Source: the human T2T-CHM13v2.0 reference genome, Homo sapiens. From it: a DNA stretch of 64,000 nt. Location of the stretch: NCBI RefSeq assembly GCF_009914755.1, contig NC_060926.1, one strand, 5' to 3'. Position 1 is the first letter of the stretch; every line of letters starts with the position of its first letter. The translations under genes and the position numbers were made by a program. Of the stretch, positions 17,809 to 33,600 are shown piece after piece. The notes beneath the pieces were generated by a model. The model saw only the letters and a list, made by a program, of their open reading frames with translations, had not been told where the DNA came from and searched no databases.

Positions 17809-18287
17809 CTCCTTAATTTTCTAAAGGTCCAATAACTGGTATGACAGGACTGTTTTAACAACTAATATCAGGTCCATCACTTCACTTGCTTCCTTTTGTC
17901 CTCCCTCCTCCTCACCCTCCCACCACTCCATTCATGGATCTAGTGCTCAGCGCCAGTCTTTGTGGAGGAATTTCTCCATCTCTTGGTACACCTCAGTTCA
18001 TCACTTTGCAGTTTTTCAGAAAGGGCTTATGAGAACTATATTCCCTGAGTTCTTGTATTTAGAAATCTTTATCTTTGAAATCCAGTAACTCCACTAGAAT
18101 ATATTTCATTGGTGATTTTCTGTAATTTTCTTTTCTGAGACTTACCTTTCTGTAAACCTAAATTTTCTTTATTTCAGAAAAGTTTTCTTAATGATCTTGG
18201 AAAATGTTTTCTTTTCTTCATCTCTAGCTCCTTCCTTCAGTTATGCCGAAGGAAGGATCTAGAGATGAGGAATAGAAAATGTTTTCT

Positions 18288-18642
<355 letters not shown>

Positions 18643-20883
18643 TCAAGGATGCCTGGAACTCCTTGGTCTGCCTTTCACATCTGTCTGTTTTCTTTGTTAT
18701 CTTTTTAAACTCTACTTGCCCAGTTTCATTTTCCTCACTTTTCTCAAGATTTTACTCTATGATCCTTATGGCTTTCAAATAGTGTCAGTTCTTCATTAGG
18801 TATTTCCAGTATGACTTTCACTTTCTGTGATAGTTTTATCGTTCTTTTCTACTTATTTCCTGAGGTCTAAAAACCTAGTTTTTGTTTCCTTTCATGACTT
18901 ACTTATTCCTTATGCACTTGCATCTTTGCTTCAAGCTCTTGTTTTATAAAGCTTATATTTTTGGGAGTTCTTGAGAGTATCTTTGGTCATTTCTGTGGTT
19001 ATATGCTTATAGAGATTGTTTTGTCCTTCTGCCATTTCTTTTTCTTGCTCCTTTTTTTCCTTTTAAATGTGGGTTTTTTTTTTAATAGAATGTTTGGATG
19101 GTTCCTTCTACTCTCCCTCCCTGGAATCTTTAAATAGTGAGTTCTTCCTGGACTTTAGTATTATATTTAAAAAACTGGACATTATAAAATGCTTTTTGTC
19201 TAAGTTTTTAGCCCCTTTTCTATTTTAGGCATAAGACAATCATTTAGGTCCGTATTGTATCCTGGAGGATAGCATTCCAACTTCACTCACTCTTAACTTC
19301 AAGGTGAGAATAGTATGGTCACTGTGTTCTAGGTCAGCCTCACAAACACTGAGACTCCCACCACATAGAAGAATTTGTTTCTTTTCGTATTAGTGTAGTT
19401 CTCTAATAAACTCTATGTGGTATATCTCATTTTTATACTTCTCCCAGAAGCTATGTATGCTATCTAATTAATGGATGGTTAGTTATTTTATGTAACTTTT
19501 AATACTATTAGGTAGAATCAGAAGAAACTGTGTTTTATATGTTAATAAATGGTCATATTGGCAATTTTCTGTGCCTCAAAATAATATATTATTAACTTCT
19601 TTATATTGTTGTTGCCATTCTTGAATTATTACTTCTGAGTAACCTCTCAGTTGGCTTGAGTTGCACATAAGTTTTTTTTGGGAAGGAAAGTACATAGCAT
19701 ATTTTCTGCCTTTTAATATCAGTCAGGGTTCTTGTAGTCTCAGATTCCAATTCAGAGGAATCATAATTATGTCCCCAGAGGTACTAAAACCTTTCAACTG
19801 TAGAGATGAGCATTATGTAGGCAAAACTAAATATTTTATGTGTGGGTCTTAAGTGTGATATTGAAAGGCCTGACTCCTCCCTTGCATTCTTTCTTCCCAA
19901 ACCATGTACACTGCCTGTAGGATGCTAAATCAGAGCACCAATGCATCCTGGAGGATGGCACTCCCCCCTCACAACTGATGCCTCCTGGTTAGTCCAACAG
20001 CTTAGTAAGTCAGATCATTACATCATGCCAGTCAGTGAAATGTATGGGCTTTGCTTCTTCCAAAAGGTGAAGTCCTTAATTACAAACAATGTTGAGTGCG
20101 ATAATAGCTTAAAAGATATTTCGTAAATCTGAGGATTGTGGTGTTTACATAAGCAATATAGGTAGAAGAAATGCAGATAGCAAACCTAGAGTAAGTGTCT
20201 CTTTTAGTGGAGGAATTACTGCCTTTCCCATCCTAAAAGAGCTCACTGGATGCGATCTGATGTGAAGTAGTTGGGGGTCCTCCTGGCATGGCTGTGTATC
20301 AGGTGCTCAGAGTTGGTTGCTGCTGCTGGCAAGCTAGCATCCTGCAAGAATGGTATTCAGGTCAGCATTAGTGAGAAGTGAATGTTGTGGAGTGCATTTC
20401 CTGCTGCCTTGTGCTTTGTTCCTATGTCCCTTGAGCAAGCACTGCAGCGATGGGGACATACACGGGCGCAGGCCATCCTGCCTCCACAGTGGGAGCCTTT
20501 CACTGTGCACTCTCATGGAGCACAAATAGTTATACCCTGTCTGGACTCATTTCAGTGGGCCCATTTCATCCACATGTCTTTTCCCTAGATGCCCTTGTCA
20601 CCAGTACTCCAATCTTTCTTCTTTCAGGTCCCTATCCATCTGGTTAAACTTGTAGTCACTGCCTATCAGCCTATCAGGTTGTCCTTCCTCAGCTAAAGTG
20701 GACCACGGACATAGGGCTTGAAGTTCTGCCCACTGGGAGAAAGTTTCTGCTATATTGTCTTTTCAGAGACCATCCCTTACAATGGATTTAATGCTATCGT
20801 GTCCATTTATGACTCATGACAATGGAGGGTCAGTTGGAACTAGGCATTCAAGGTACTCAAACCTTTCTGCATCCTCCTTTATA

Positions 20884-20885
<2 letters not shown>

Positions 20886-20915
<30 letters not shown>

Positions 20916-20925
20916 ATGTGTGTGT
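20886..20925. repeat. (TG)n microsatellite
   Basis: Direct reading. Confidence 0.9.
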
Positions 20926-23171
20926 TCGGGTTCTCTGAATCTTACTCTGTCTGATGAGTGTCCTACTTTTCACCTAAGTGACTTAATGAGACCTTAAATT
21001 CAATGGTGTAATGATTCATCACCCTTTCAATTTGTTTTTTCTGTCTTAGCCTGGCAGCTACAAGAGATTCAAGATACTTTTTTGTTGGACATACTAAGTC
21101 CCTAACTTTCAGTCTTAGAAATGAGGAATTTAGAATGAAGAATTTAGAGATGAAGCATGTAATTCTTTGTTTCTCCCCCTTTTTCTGGCTCTCGAAGCTT
21201 CTCACTGTTTCTGTGAGCCCTTTGATATCCTTTCAAGAAATTTCTTTTTTTCTTTTCCAAACAGCACTGGTCTTTTGTGCTTACAAACAAGAACCCAGAC
21301 AGACAGTTAAAGACATTGATATTAGGAGACGAATGTAGGAAACAGAACCTCAGGGACCTGTGAGAATAATAAATGAGTTAGATGGGTTGGAAGTAACTCA
21401 GATTCCATTAATTTTCAGAATACAAAATAATTTTTAAAATTACTAATTATTACCTGTCATCACCAGAATAAAGTTGTCTTTAACCTAAACAACATTGTTA
21501 TAAGTATTCGTCTTGTACTCACAGTGTTGAATTCCTGTGTCCTTCAAATTTCAAAGGTTGGGATAATAGGTCCCCCATATCTTCAGTTGGAACTTCACTC
21601 TAGTGAACACAGGTAATAATTTAGTCATTTTGAAAATTAATGGGACCTGAGTCTTTAATTGTCTGGGTTCCTGGTTACAAGCAAGAAAAACCAACTCTGG
21701 TTGGGAAAGGAATTTATTGGGAGGATACTGAAGAGCTCACTGAGCAAAAGACTTGAATGACCTGAAAAGGGATGTGAACTAAGGCAGCTCTGGAAAGCCA
21801 AGAACAAGAAGCCCAACCATCATCTTTTATCAGGATTAGTTTGGCTGTAATGCCAGTTATTCTCTTACCACCACTCTTGCAGGACACCATTTTCACTGGA
21901 TGCTGCTGCCACCGCTGCTATCACGAGAAGCCATTCTAGCTGTCATGAGTGAATCCTAAGCAGCCTTTTGTCTTTGTGTTTCTGTCTACACATTCAAAGT
22001 CTTGAGTTGAGGCAGAGTTTAAGTCACACACAGTGTACTGGATTTTGGTTCTCACAGAGTGAGAGGAGGCTTGTATAAAGAGAGGCCAGGCATTATGTAG
22101 TAGGAAGCTGGTCACTTCCATGACGGGAATTGTAGTCCTTTGTCCTGCTTATAGGCAACGTGCAATTCTTCCTTTCCAGTTTGTATGCCCCTTCTTTTTC
22201 TTACTTTATGGCATTCACTAGTACCTCCAGTACAATGTTAAATAGTATTGGTGAAAATGAACACTTTGTCTTCTTTCTGCTCCAAGGGAAAGCATTTCAC
22301 TTTTCACCACTAAGTTTTACATTAGTGCTAGGATTCTCATAGAGGCCTTTAACCAAGTTGAAGAAATTCCTGTTACTCATGTGCTGAGGGCTTTTATCTT
22401 AAGTGAATGTTGAAATTTTGTCAAATGCTTTTTCTTCATTTACTGAGATGATTATATGTGTTTGTTTTTTGTTTGTTAATATGTTGTATTGATTGATGTT
22501 TCATTGTTGGACAAATCTTGCATTATTTGGTCATGATGTATCACCTTTTTTATATATTACTGAATTCTATTTGCTAATGACCTTGTAAGAAGTTTTAAAT
22601 TTTCTTTTTCAATAACTGATATACCTTTGTAAGAATTTTAAGTCTATGAGAGGTATTGATCTCATTAATCCTTTGGTTTTGATATCAAGGTACTGCTGTC
22701 TTCATTAAACTAGTTGGAAAGTATGCCATCTACCTCTTTATTCTAGAAGAGTTTATGTAGAATTGGCAATAATTCTTTCTTAAATACTTGGTAGAATTCA
22801 CCAGTGAAGCCATCTGGGTCTGGAGTTTTCTATGTGGGAAGGTTTCAAACTGTGAATTCAGTTTCTTTAATAGATACATTAGATAAAATAGATAATAGGT
22901 AGATTAAATAGGAATATTCAAGTATCAATTTATTTTAATTATCCTAGGCAGTTTGCATCTTTCAAGGAATTTGCCCATTTCATCCAAGATGTTGAATTTA
23001 TTGTCTTAAAGTCATTCATTATTCCCTTATCCTTTTAATGCTTGTGGGATGTAAAATGGTGTCTCCTCTCTCATTCTTGATATTGGTAATTTGTGTTTTT
23101 CCCTCCTTGTTTTTCTTGATCAGTCAGGCTAGAAATTTATCTGTTTTTCTCTTTTCAAAGAATTAGCTTTT

Positions 23172-23439
<268 letters not shown>

Positions 23440-23486
23440 TAGAATTAGTTTTTTGTTTTATTGATTTGTTTTCATTATTCATTCAT

Positions 23487-23794
23487 TTTTGTTTGTTTGT
23501 TTGTTTGTTTTTTTGAGACAGACTCTCACTCTGTTGCCCAGGCTGGAGTACAGTGGCGTGATCTCGGCTCACCGCAACCTCCGCCTCCCGGGTTCAAGCG
23601 TTTCTCCTGTCTAAGCCTCCAGAGTAGCTGGGACTGCGGGCATGCACCATCACGCCCAGCTAATTTTTGTATTTTTAGTGGAGACGGGGTTTCACCATGT
23701 TGACCAGGATGGTCTCAATCTCTTGACCTCATGATCCTCCTGCCTTGGCCTCCCAAAGTGCTGGGATTACAGGCGTGAGCCACCGCGCCCAGCC
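23487..23794 (-). mobile_element. AluSc-like
   Basis: Full dimer with (TTTG)n tail. Confidence 0.88.
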
Positions 23795-24061
23795 TATTTG
23801 TTCATTTTCTATTCATTGATTCTTGTTTCTTCATTATTTCTGTCCTTCTCCTTACCTGGAATCTAATTTGTTCTTCAGTTTTTTAACGTAGAAGCTTAGA
23901 TCACTGATTTGACACTTTTCTTCCTTTCCGATGTGAGCATTTAATGCTGTAAATTACCCTCCAACCACTATTTTAGCTACTTCTCACAAATGTTGACATG
24001 TTATGTTTTCATTCAATTCAAAATTCCCTTCCTCCCTCTCTCCATTACTTCCTTTCCTTTC

Positions 24062-24349
<288 letters not shown>

Positions 24350-24358
24350 CCAGTTCAA

Positions 24359-24650
24359 TTTTTTTTTTTTTGGAGACAGTCTCACTCTGTCACCAGGTTG
24401 GAGTGCACTGGCATGATCTCGGCTCACCGCAACCTCTGACTCTCTGGTTCAAGGGATTCTCCTGCTTCAGTCTCCTGAGTAGCTGGGATTATAGGCACGC
24501 ATCACCACGCCCAGCTAATTTTTGTATTTTTGATAGAGACGGGGTTTCACCATGTTGGCCAGGATGGTCTCGATCTCCTGACCTTGTGATCCGCCTGCCT
24601 CAGCCTCCCAAAGTGCTAGGATTACAGGCGTGAGCCACTGCACCTGGTCC
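24359..24650 (-). mobile_element. AluS
   Basis: Full dimer, reverse orientation, T13 tail. Confidence 0.85.
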
Positions 24651-26000
24651 AAAATATTTTCTAATTCTTTTTTTATTTCTTCTTTAACCTATGGGTTGTT
24701 GGATTTCCACATATTTGGGGATTTTCCAGATTGCTTTCTGTTAATTTTTCTCTCATATTTTTGCTGTCTGGCTTTTTGATGTGTTTTATGGGAGAGACCA
24801 CCCATTTGTGGAGAAAGTACTCTTCTGAGTCCACATCATATGGGAGGAGCCCACAGGTCAGTCTGCAGGCTGCCGAGATCATAGGCTGGTGGGCGGGTGC
24901 ACAAGTAGACTGGGCTGGTCTCTCTTGACTAGTGTGAGAAATGGGGCCAGCCCTGCTGCCATCACTGCTGCATTCCAGTGGCAAGGCTGAAGATTGGAAT
25001 TTGTTAAAAGTCTGCTTATGAGGCAACCACCTCCCCTATTCCTCTTTACCACTGTGCACATAAGAACTCCAGCAGCCAAGCATCTACCCTTATTTAGGAA
25101 ACAGAACCTTTTTCATAGAAATCGAATAGCCTGAGAGAATGTCCTGATGCCATAGCTAAATTTCTTGCAGAAAGTGCTGAGGGCGGACTCTTGGAGCACC
25201 CTGGTAGATAAGTAGACTTGTACAACAGAGGAGATGGCCATTTTTGGTCTCCGCAATACCCTCTACAAAGGCAGCCAAGGCCCATAACACATTTCCTGTT
25301 GGCTGCCTGTATTCAACGCACAAATTTAGACTTGTGATCTGTATGTGGCATGACAATGCTTATGAGAATAGAGAGCTGTCAATTTGGTAAGGAGTGAGAT
25401 CTGCCTTCTGAAAGGTGGAACCCTGTTCATAATGTTAGCATTGTCCTGTTAAATGCAATTTTATTTTTAATGGGCCAGTGCCCTAAAATGTGCATGGGTG
25501 ACTGGTTTATGGATAATTTTAATTTTCTTCTCAGTGGATTTTGTGTTTTCTAACTTCTTTGCAATGAACGTATATTACTTTTGTGTTTAGATAAAATATT
25601 TTAAAATTTTAAAGATTAAAAACTGGTAGAGTTGTGAAATAGGAACATCAGAATTAATCTAGTAAGCATGACTTAACGTACAGGCACTCTGAAACTAATG
25701 ATTTAATAGCACACTGGATTGATCATAATATCAATTTTGACTTCTCTGTGAAGAACAATTGGAGGGGTCCTAAGGAAAGCCTTCTGGCTCTGTTTCTCAA
25801 GTCAGAATGTCAAATAAAAAAAGGTGAAATTACACTGTAGTTACCGATTTAACAGGAGAAGAGCATTACTGTGTCTTCTGCTTTCCCATTGCCAGTGATT
25901 TACGGATGATCATGTTTCTACTGGTGGAAGGGCAGGAGATTTTAAACTTTCCCACTACTTTACTTTTAGAGAGGAGACAGGTACCTATGTTCCATTTGTT

Positions 26001-26037
26001 TGCTAACCCAGTTATTCCGTTTCTGTTCTATCCATAG
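26001..26037 (+). promoter_or_regulatory. Branch point (tgCTAAC, A at 26006), polypyrimidine tract and 3' splice site of exon 9
   Basis: Consensus yUnAy motif 31 nt upstream of the AG, with a pyrimidine-rich stretch before the acceptor. Confidence 0.75.
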
Positions 26038-26211
26038 GCAGCTGGCTAAGAGTCTTGGGCAGGCTGGTGAAATTGAGCCTGAAACAGAAGGAATACTAAC
26101 AGAGTATGGCGTGGATTTCTCTGATTTCTCTTCAGAAGTTCTAGAATGTCTTCCTCAAGGCCTGCCATGGACAATTCCACCAGAGGAGTTCAGCAAGAGA
26201 AGGGATTTAAG
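26038..26211 (+). CDS. DIS3L2: DIS3L2 internal coding exon (exon 9; 174 nt, phase 2/2), CSD2-RNB linker and start of the RNB domain
   Basis: Reads (G)[57 protein letters not shown](R); RRDLR is the typical RNase II/R RNB start. Acceptor ttctgttctatccatAG ends at 26037, donor GTAAGC starts at 26212. The length matches my recollection of c.951-1124. Confidence 0.95.
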
Positions 26212-26343
26212 GTAAGCACCTGAAACCCTTTAAGAACGTATATCTCCCTTTCTGCCTTAACTTTCCTAGGGGCTAGGCTTAGATGTTTTCATCTTTCCAC
26301 GAACATTCAAGTTCAGTTCAGTTGGGAATAGGTGCTTCTGTAC

Positions 26344-26671
26344 CACAGTTGGCAAATTATGGCCCACAGGCTAAATCTAGCCTACTACCTGTTTATGTAC
26401 AACCCATGAGCTAAGAATGGTTTTTACATTTTTAAATGGTTGGAAAAAATTAAAACAAGAATAATGTTTTATGAAAATTATATGAAATTCAGATTTCTGC
26501 GACCATAAAGTTGCATTGGAACATGGCCATGCTTATTCATTATCTATGTTGCTTATGGCTGTTTTTTGCCCTACAACAGCCCAGTTGATTAGTTGCAACC
26601 AAGACCATATGGCCTGCAAAGCCAAAAGTAGTTACTGTCAGCCTTTTACAGAAAAAGTTTACTGATCCCTG
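26344..26671 (+). mobile_element. MER58-like hAT/Charlie non-autonomous DNA transposon
   Basis: ttggcaaattatggccc...tttacagaaaaagtttactgatccctg termini; degenerate 8-bp TSD ttctgtac/ttctagac. Confidence 0.7.
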
Positions 26672-28103
26672 TTCTAGACCATTCTAACTTCAAAAGCTAC
26701 AGTGCCTATCTTCTCATTGCCATAGATCTGGTCAAGTACAGACTGTTATCTAGTGAGAAGTGCCTTCCTTTAAATGGGCCTCTTCAGGCACAGAGCAAAG
26801 GATTCAAGACTTCTGTACTTGGAGCCTCATTTTAAAGCCTTACTTTTAGGTCTGGAATTTGTTGGAAAGTACTTTCGTGGTATTTTTATAACAACATCTT
26901 CTTTGAAGATGTTTCTTCATTGTGGGATGTTAGTTCTTTTCTGATATTTCTCTTCAGAATTTGGTTTCAGTACTGGCACTCATTTTGGATGCCACATGGA
27001 GATATTTAGAACCAAGAAACTTTTCATACAACCCACTGAGGCTGTGGAAGGTTTTTGCTAAGGTCATCCCATGTCAAAGTCTTTTCCACCACACTTGCTC
27101 GCTTCATGCAGCTGAACTTATGACACCTTCAGCTCTGGGTGCCTGTTACCCACCTAGTTTGTGAATACTCCCTCTCTGTACCTTCTTACTATTGTATCTT
27201 TTAGTAATTTACTGCCTTTTTCTTTTCTTATTGAGGTTAGGCAAGGAAAAGGAGATGATCATTAGTCCCCTTTCCTACTTGTTAGTATCTCTCATAGAAC
27301 ACATATTACATTTGAAGTCAGTTAACCCATATTGCATTGCTGGATTTTCATAATAACCCCTCTATCACTGAACCCCTGCTAGCACATGGGTGTGTTATCT
27401 CTTCAGGGGCTCCGAGGTCTTGGGCCCATAACATTAACCTCTCTGAACCTTTGTTTTCTCATATACAAATTGAGGGGTTTGTTTTCTGAGGTCATTTCCT
27501 GAATCTAGGAATCTATCTAATGATTTAATGGGAAAAGAATGCTAGAATAAATGGTTGAACATTATTGTTTAGTAGAATTTAGTGTAGCCATGCTGCAGTA
27601 TCTATCAACATTTTAAATGTACCTACTCCTGCACCCCAAACTCTACTCGAAGTGTACAAAAATATATGTACAAGAATGTTCATTGCTGTCTTGTCATAAA
27701 AGTTAAACATTAAAGACACTGCTAATGTCCATTAATAAAGGAATGGTTTAGTAACCTGTGTTATGTCAATATGATAGCATTCCTTGCAGCTCTGCAAAAA
27801 GGAGCTATATCCATGTTGACTTTCCTAAAAGAATAGCTATAATATATTATTAAGTCAAGCAAGTTTCAAAACAATATGAATATGAGCCTATATTTTGTAA
27901 AGTAATACAAAAACTACATAAATATACACATATACATATATGTGTGTATACGTATACACATCAAAGTATATATGCATAGAAAAAGGCCTGGAAGGAAATA
28001 AACTGTTAACAGTGACTACCATGGAGAGTGGATTCAGTGGAGTGGTAAGGCAACAGGGAAGTGAACTTTGACTTTTCATTTTGCATACTGCCATACTATT
28101 CAA

Positions 28104-28422
<319 letters not shown>

Positions 28423-28632
28423 TAACTTGTATAACTTTAAAAAATTATAAATGTGAAAGTCACAAAATAGAAGTATTCCATTTTTTCTAGCCTTTTAGCC
28501 TACTGGTAAATAATAAGCATGTTAGTAGTTATGGGGCCCAATATTGCAGTAAATTCCCCTCTCATGGCTCTATCTTGCCATTTCTTTGACCTTTATTGCC
28601 TTCTGGTTTAGACCATAGAATAAGAGGTCCTT

Positions 28633-28983
<351 letters not shown>

Positions 28984-29021
28984 TCATGAAGTAACAAGGA
29001 TTTTTTAAAAAATTACTTTTG

Positions 29022-29604
<583 letters not shown>

Positions 29605-30346
29605 TTACTTTAACCTTAAAATAGGTTATCCTTGCCCATTATCCTCAGGATTATGTTTCTAAAATTCAAATCTGATTTATTTTACTCCTTTGCATTTAAA
29701 TTTTTTCTAATGTTTCTTAATGCCTAAAGTAGTAATGTCTGAAGTTTAGAAATTACTACTTTAGGCATCAAGAAGTAATATAGTAAATTACCACTAATGC
29801 TTGTCTTTATTTTAAAACTATACATGAATTTACTACATTGATAGTCTATTACGTACATTATAAATGTAAGTGAAAATAGAAAAATAAAAATGTAATGAGA
29901 AATAAATTTTTAAATATTTTCATTTTACTTACGAAAAGTATAGAAAACTGTTTATATAGTAATTTTACTTTTGGTGAAAGCAGTATGGTTGAATAATATT
30001 CTTTATTTATTAAAATTTTACTTTAACAACTAATAATATGGAAATTCAGAGATCTGATTCTAAGTTCTGTATGTTTTGGTACTTGGTTTTGATGATTATC
30101 ATAATTGAAAAGGATATATGTTTAGAAGATGTGAGCTGTGCTTACAAAATCCTAATACTCATTTCTCAGTCCTATTCGCCAATTATATTCCAATTCATTT
30201 TGAAATTCAGCTAGTAAATTTCCATCTTTTCTGATGTCAGTTCTTGTGGATTCATTGAAAGGTGCTGCGTTTTTAGATTAAAAAAATAGATTTATAATCT
30301 CCAGTTACTCTTTAGTTGTTATCTTTAAAAACTAGTTAAAAAATTC

Positions 30347-30650
30347 AGCCAGGCACATTGGCTCACACCTGTAATCCCAGCACTTTGGGAGGCCAAGGTG
30401 GACAGATCACCTGAGGTCAGGAGTTCGAGACCAGCCTGGCCAACATGGTGAAACCCTGTCTCACTAAAAATACAAAAATTAGCCGGGTGTGGTGGCAGCC
30501 ACCTGTAATCCCAGCTGCTCGGGAGGCTGAGGCAGGAGAATTGCTTGAACCCGGAGGCAGAGGTTACAGTGAGCCGAGATTGTGCCACTGAACTCCAGCC
30601 TGGGTGACAGAGCAAGACTCTGTCTCAAAAAAATAAAAATAAATAAAAAT
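30347..30650 (+). mobile_element. AluSx-like
   Basis: gatcacctgaggtcaggagttcgagaccagcc. Confidence 0.88.
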
Positions 30651-33600
30651 AATTCTATTAGGAAGTTTAAGTCTATGGATATGAATGTTTTTGTAGTTTA
30701 TACACTTACATCATTTTAGTCCCCAAATAATATAACAATGGAAGTATTTCAAAACATCCATTTAAAAAAATGTTATCTTTAAAATTCGAGTATGTTATTT
30801 TGTTTTCAAAATGCAATAATTTTTTTTCTTATTGTTAAAATATCACCTTTACCTTGAAGGGACAGATTAAGCATGTTTAATTTTCCTAAAGTATCTGATA
30901 GGTAACATATGACTGATAGCCATTGTTTTGAAATTATAATGTGGCTGGAGATGAATTCATATTAGACACAGAAGAAATGTCAGTGTTGCCATTTTTCTAG
31001 TGTTAATGATACTACTAGGAGTATTAGTGGTTTAGTATTATCTTCAATATATGGACTTTGCAGTAATCTTTTTTTAGCCAGTTGCCTTTTTTTTTGCAAG
31101 GATTAGTTTAGCTAAAACTAGACAATATCCATAAATCCATGTATCTGGGCATGAGTAAAGACCCATTATTTGCACTTGGCAAAAGCATAGGAACCAAGAG
31201 TGCCACTGTCATTGCCTTTGTGTTGCAGAACGCCAACTTTTTCATCTGTACACCTCACCTACCACCTGACCCACACATAGTGAGGGTGCCAGGGTTAATT
31301 CATGTAGTTATGTAGTGTCAGTTAATTCCTTATTTTTAACACACATAAAGAGAAGCCATAAGTGTGTGGAATGAGCTCCAGTGATGTAGTTGGTTAGCAT
31401 GCAGTACTGTACAGCAGTAGGTAAGCATGTGGAGGTATTTGGATCTGATAACCTTTTCCTTTTCTTTGACTGGTTTTATGATGGAGTCATTCAGTTTTTA
31501 TACCAAAAATATTTATGGAACACCAACCATGGGCACTGAGGATACAACAGTGAACAAAAATAGATGTATTCACTGCCCTTGTGGAACTCTCAGTTTGGTG
31601 GCAGAAGAACATGAATGAAACTATTAAGCAGTAGTCAAATGTGGAATTGTAATGAAGGAGGGGGTGCTTGGTGCAAGTGTTTGTGATCATGTGATTTCTT
31701 CTGCTCTGAGGTCCACTGCTTTCAAAGAGTTTTTAAAAACAGTATTGATTTTCCTAGGAATGTCAAAAGAAGTAAGATTGAGTCCCAGCACATGCTGAAA
31801 AATATGTGCTATATTGAATAAATTAATATACATTTTGTAAACTAATAAAATCAAACCTTTTTCAAACATTTATTTGCACATATTGTTTATATATAGTATA
31901 TGTCATATATGCCGTATATGTCATATATATATATATACATATATGCCAAGTACTGAGTTAGCCACTGAAAATGCAAAGACAACCAAGGGCCAGCCCCTGT
32001 TCTTCAGGTAGACAGATTCGTACTCAGATAAATTACAGCAGACAATGGCAAGTGCTGTAATATAGGTATGAACAGACTGCCAGGGTCATTGGTGCATGAG
32101 GTGAGATCTGAGAAATGAGCAGGTATAGAGGGAAATAGAGTGACTAAAGTTGTCTTCATTTTAGTGATAGTCCATGTCTGCAGAAAGGCAGTATGTTCCC
32201 TTCAGACTCTAAGATCCTTCTCTAACAGGGCTTGCAAGTCCTATGGTTTGGTCACTTAATCCCCTGTCCTGGGTCATCCTGCCTCAGAGCCTGCAGTGTT
32301 ACTCTGGCTCTAGCTACATAAGAACTTCTACATACCCGTTTAGGTTTGGTATTTGAACAATTATATTTGGAACAGAAAAGTTCCATCAATCTTTAAACCT
32401 CATAATCCAATTATGTCAGTAAAATTCCAGTTTTTTGGTCCAATGGAATTGGGGTAATATTTTGCAAACTGAAGTTGAGAGAAATAGTGTTTATTTTGAA
32501 AAGAAAAATGGTCGGTTAGCAATTTTCAAGAAGTTAGGCTTGCATGAACTCCTAGGGGCGATATAGCCCTCCTGATTGGGGTCACCATTTTTCTGGACCT
32601 TCAGCTCTAGTCTCTGGAGAGTCCCTGCTTGCATGGCCTAGACCTGTAGCTGTCTTTAGCAGGGCATCTGAGGCTTTAAAAAAGAAAAGCAACATAAGTA
32701 CTGCAGAAATTTGAGGATCAGGAAGATAATATGTCCAAGGAAACTGCTTAAAGGGGGGTTGCACCAGAAGCTCAAGAAACCCAGAAGTTATTTCTGAGAC
32801 TGGCTCCAGTTATTTCAAATTTCATTCATATTGTTTTGTTTCCTTTGTTGCTAAACTGGAACAGGAAACCAAAGCCTAAAAGCTCAATTAAAGTGGAAAA
32901 TGAAAACCTAAATATTGGAGGGGGAAAATACCACACTAAACCGATCTTTATGTTTCTCCTATAGTTAGTATTATTATGGAAGTTTGAATCATGTCACTTT
33001 TCAGTAAAACTATGAGTTTCATTGAAGTGGAGGTGGTTTCTATAGCTTTTTACAAGAGAACTTGTGGGTATCTATTTCCTTACTATTCCCTCAATAAAAA
33101 GGAAGCCCAGTGACCTCCACCAGACCATTACAAATGTGAAACTTGGCACTTAAAATTGCTTGCTCTAAATTTTCCAATTGCTTTCTCTCTTTTTTTCCCA
33201 TTTAATGTCGTCCTGCCAACTAGTGATTTTATTATTATAAACAGGACATTGTATTCACTTTTAAGAAGAAATATGAAGCTGGAGGTAAAATTACAAACTG
33301 CAGCTTCTCGGCTGCCAAAATAGAAAACAATGAGCTAAAAATACTAAGCACAGAAAGGGGGTTGTGGTAAGAAATATTGAAAAATCTTCAAGATGGAGCT
33401 GTTCCAAAGAGACAGAAATTTCCTGTCACTCCAGGTAAAACCAACCTTGAAATAGCAACTTGAAAGGAGAGTCATATAATACTAACCTCTTTCAGGTCAA
33501 CCCTTTTGTGGGAAAGCTTTCAAACATAACTAACATTAAATGACTAATGATCTTGCTGTTCATCAGGAAGTCCAATATGATTAAATTGCCTTTAGAAGAA

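Noticed and set aside
24673-25356. Cluster of overlapping 63-117 aa ORFs as a possible processed pseudogene
   Set aside because: No recognisable protein, poly(A) or TSD; a BLASTX search would be needed to revive this.
26000-26037. N-terminal part of the 71-aa ORF ([13 protein letters not shown])
   Set aside because: This is intronic read-through over the branch point and acceptor from a TTG start; only 26038-26211 is exon.
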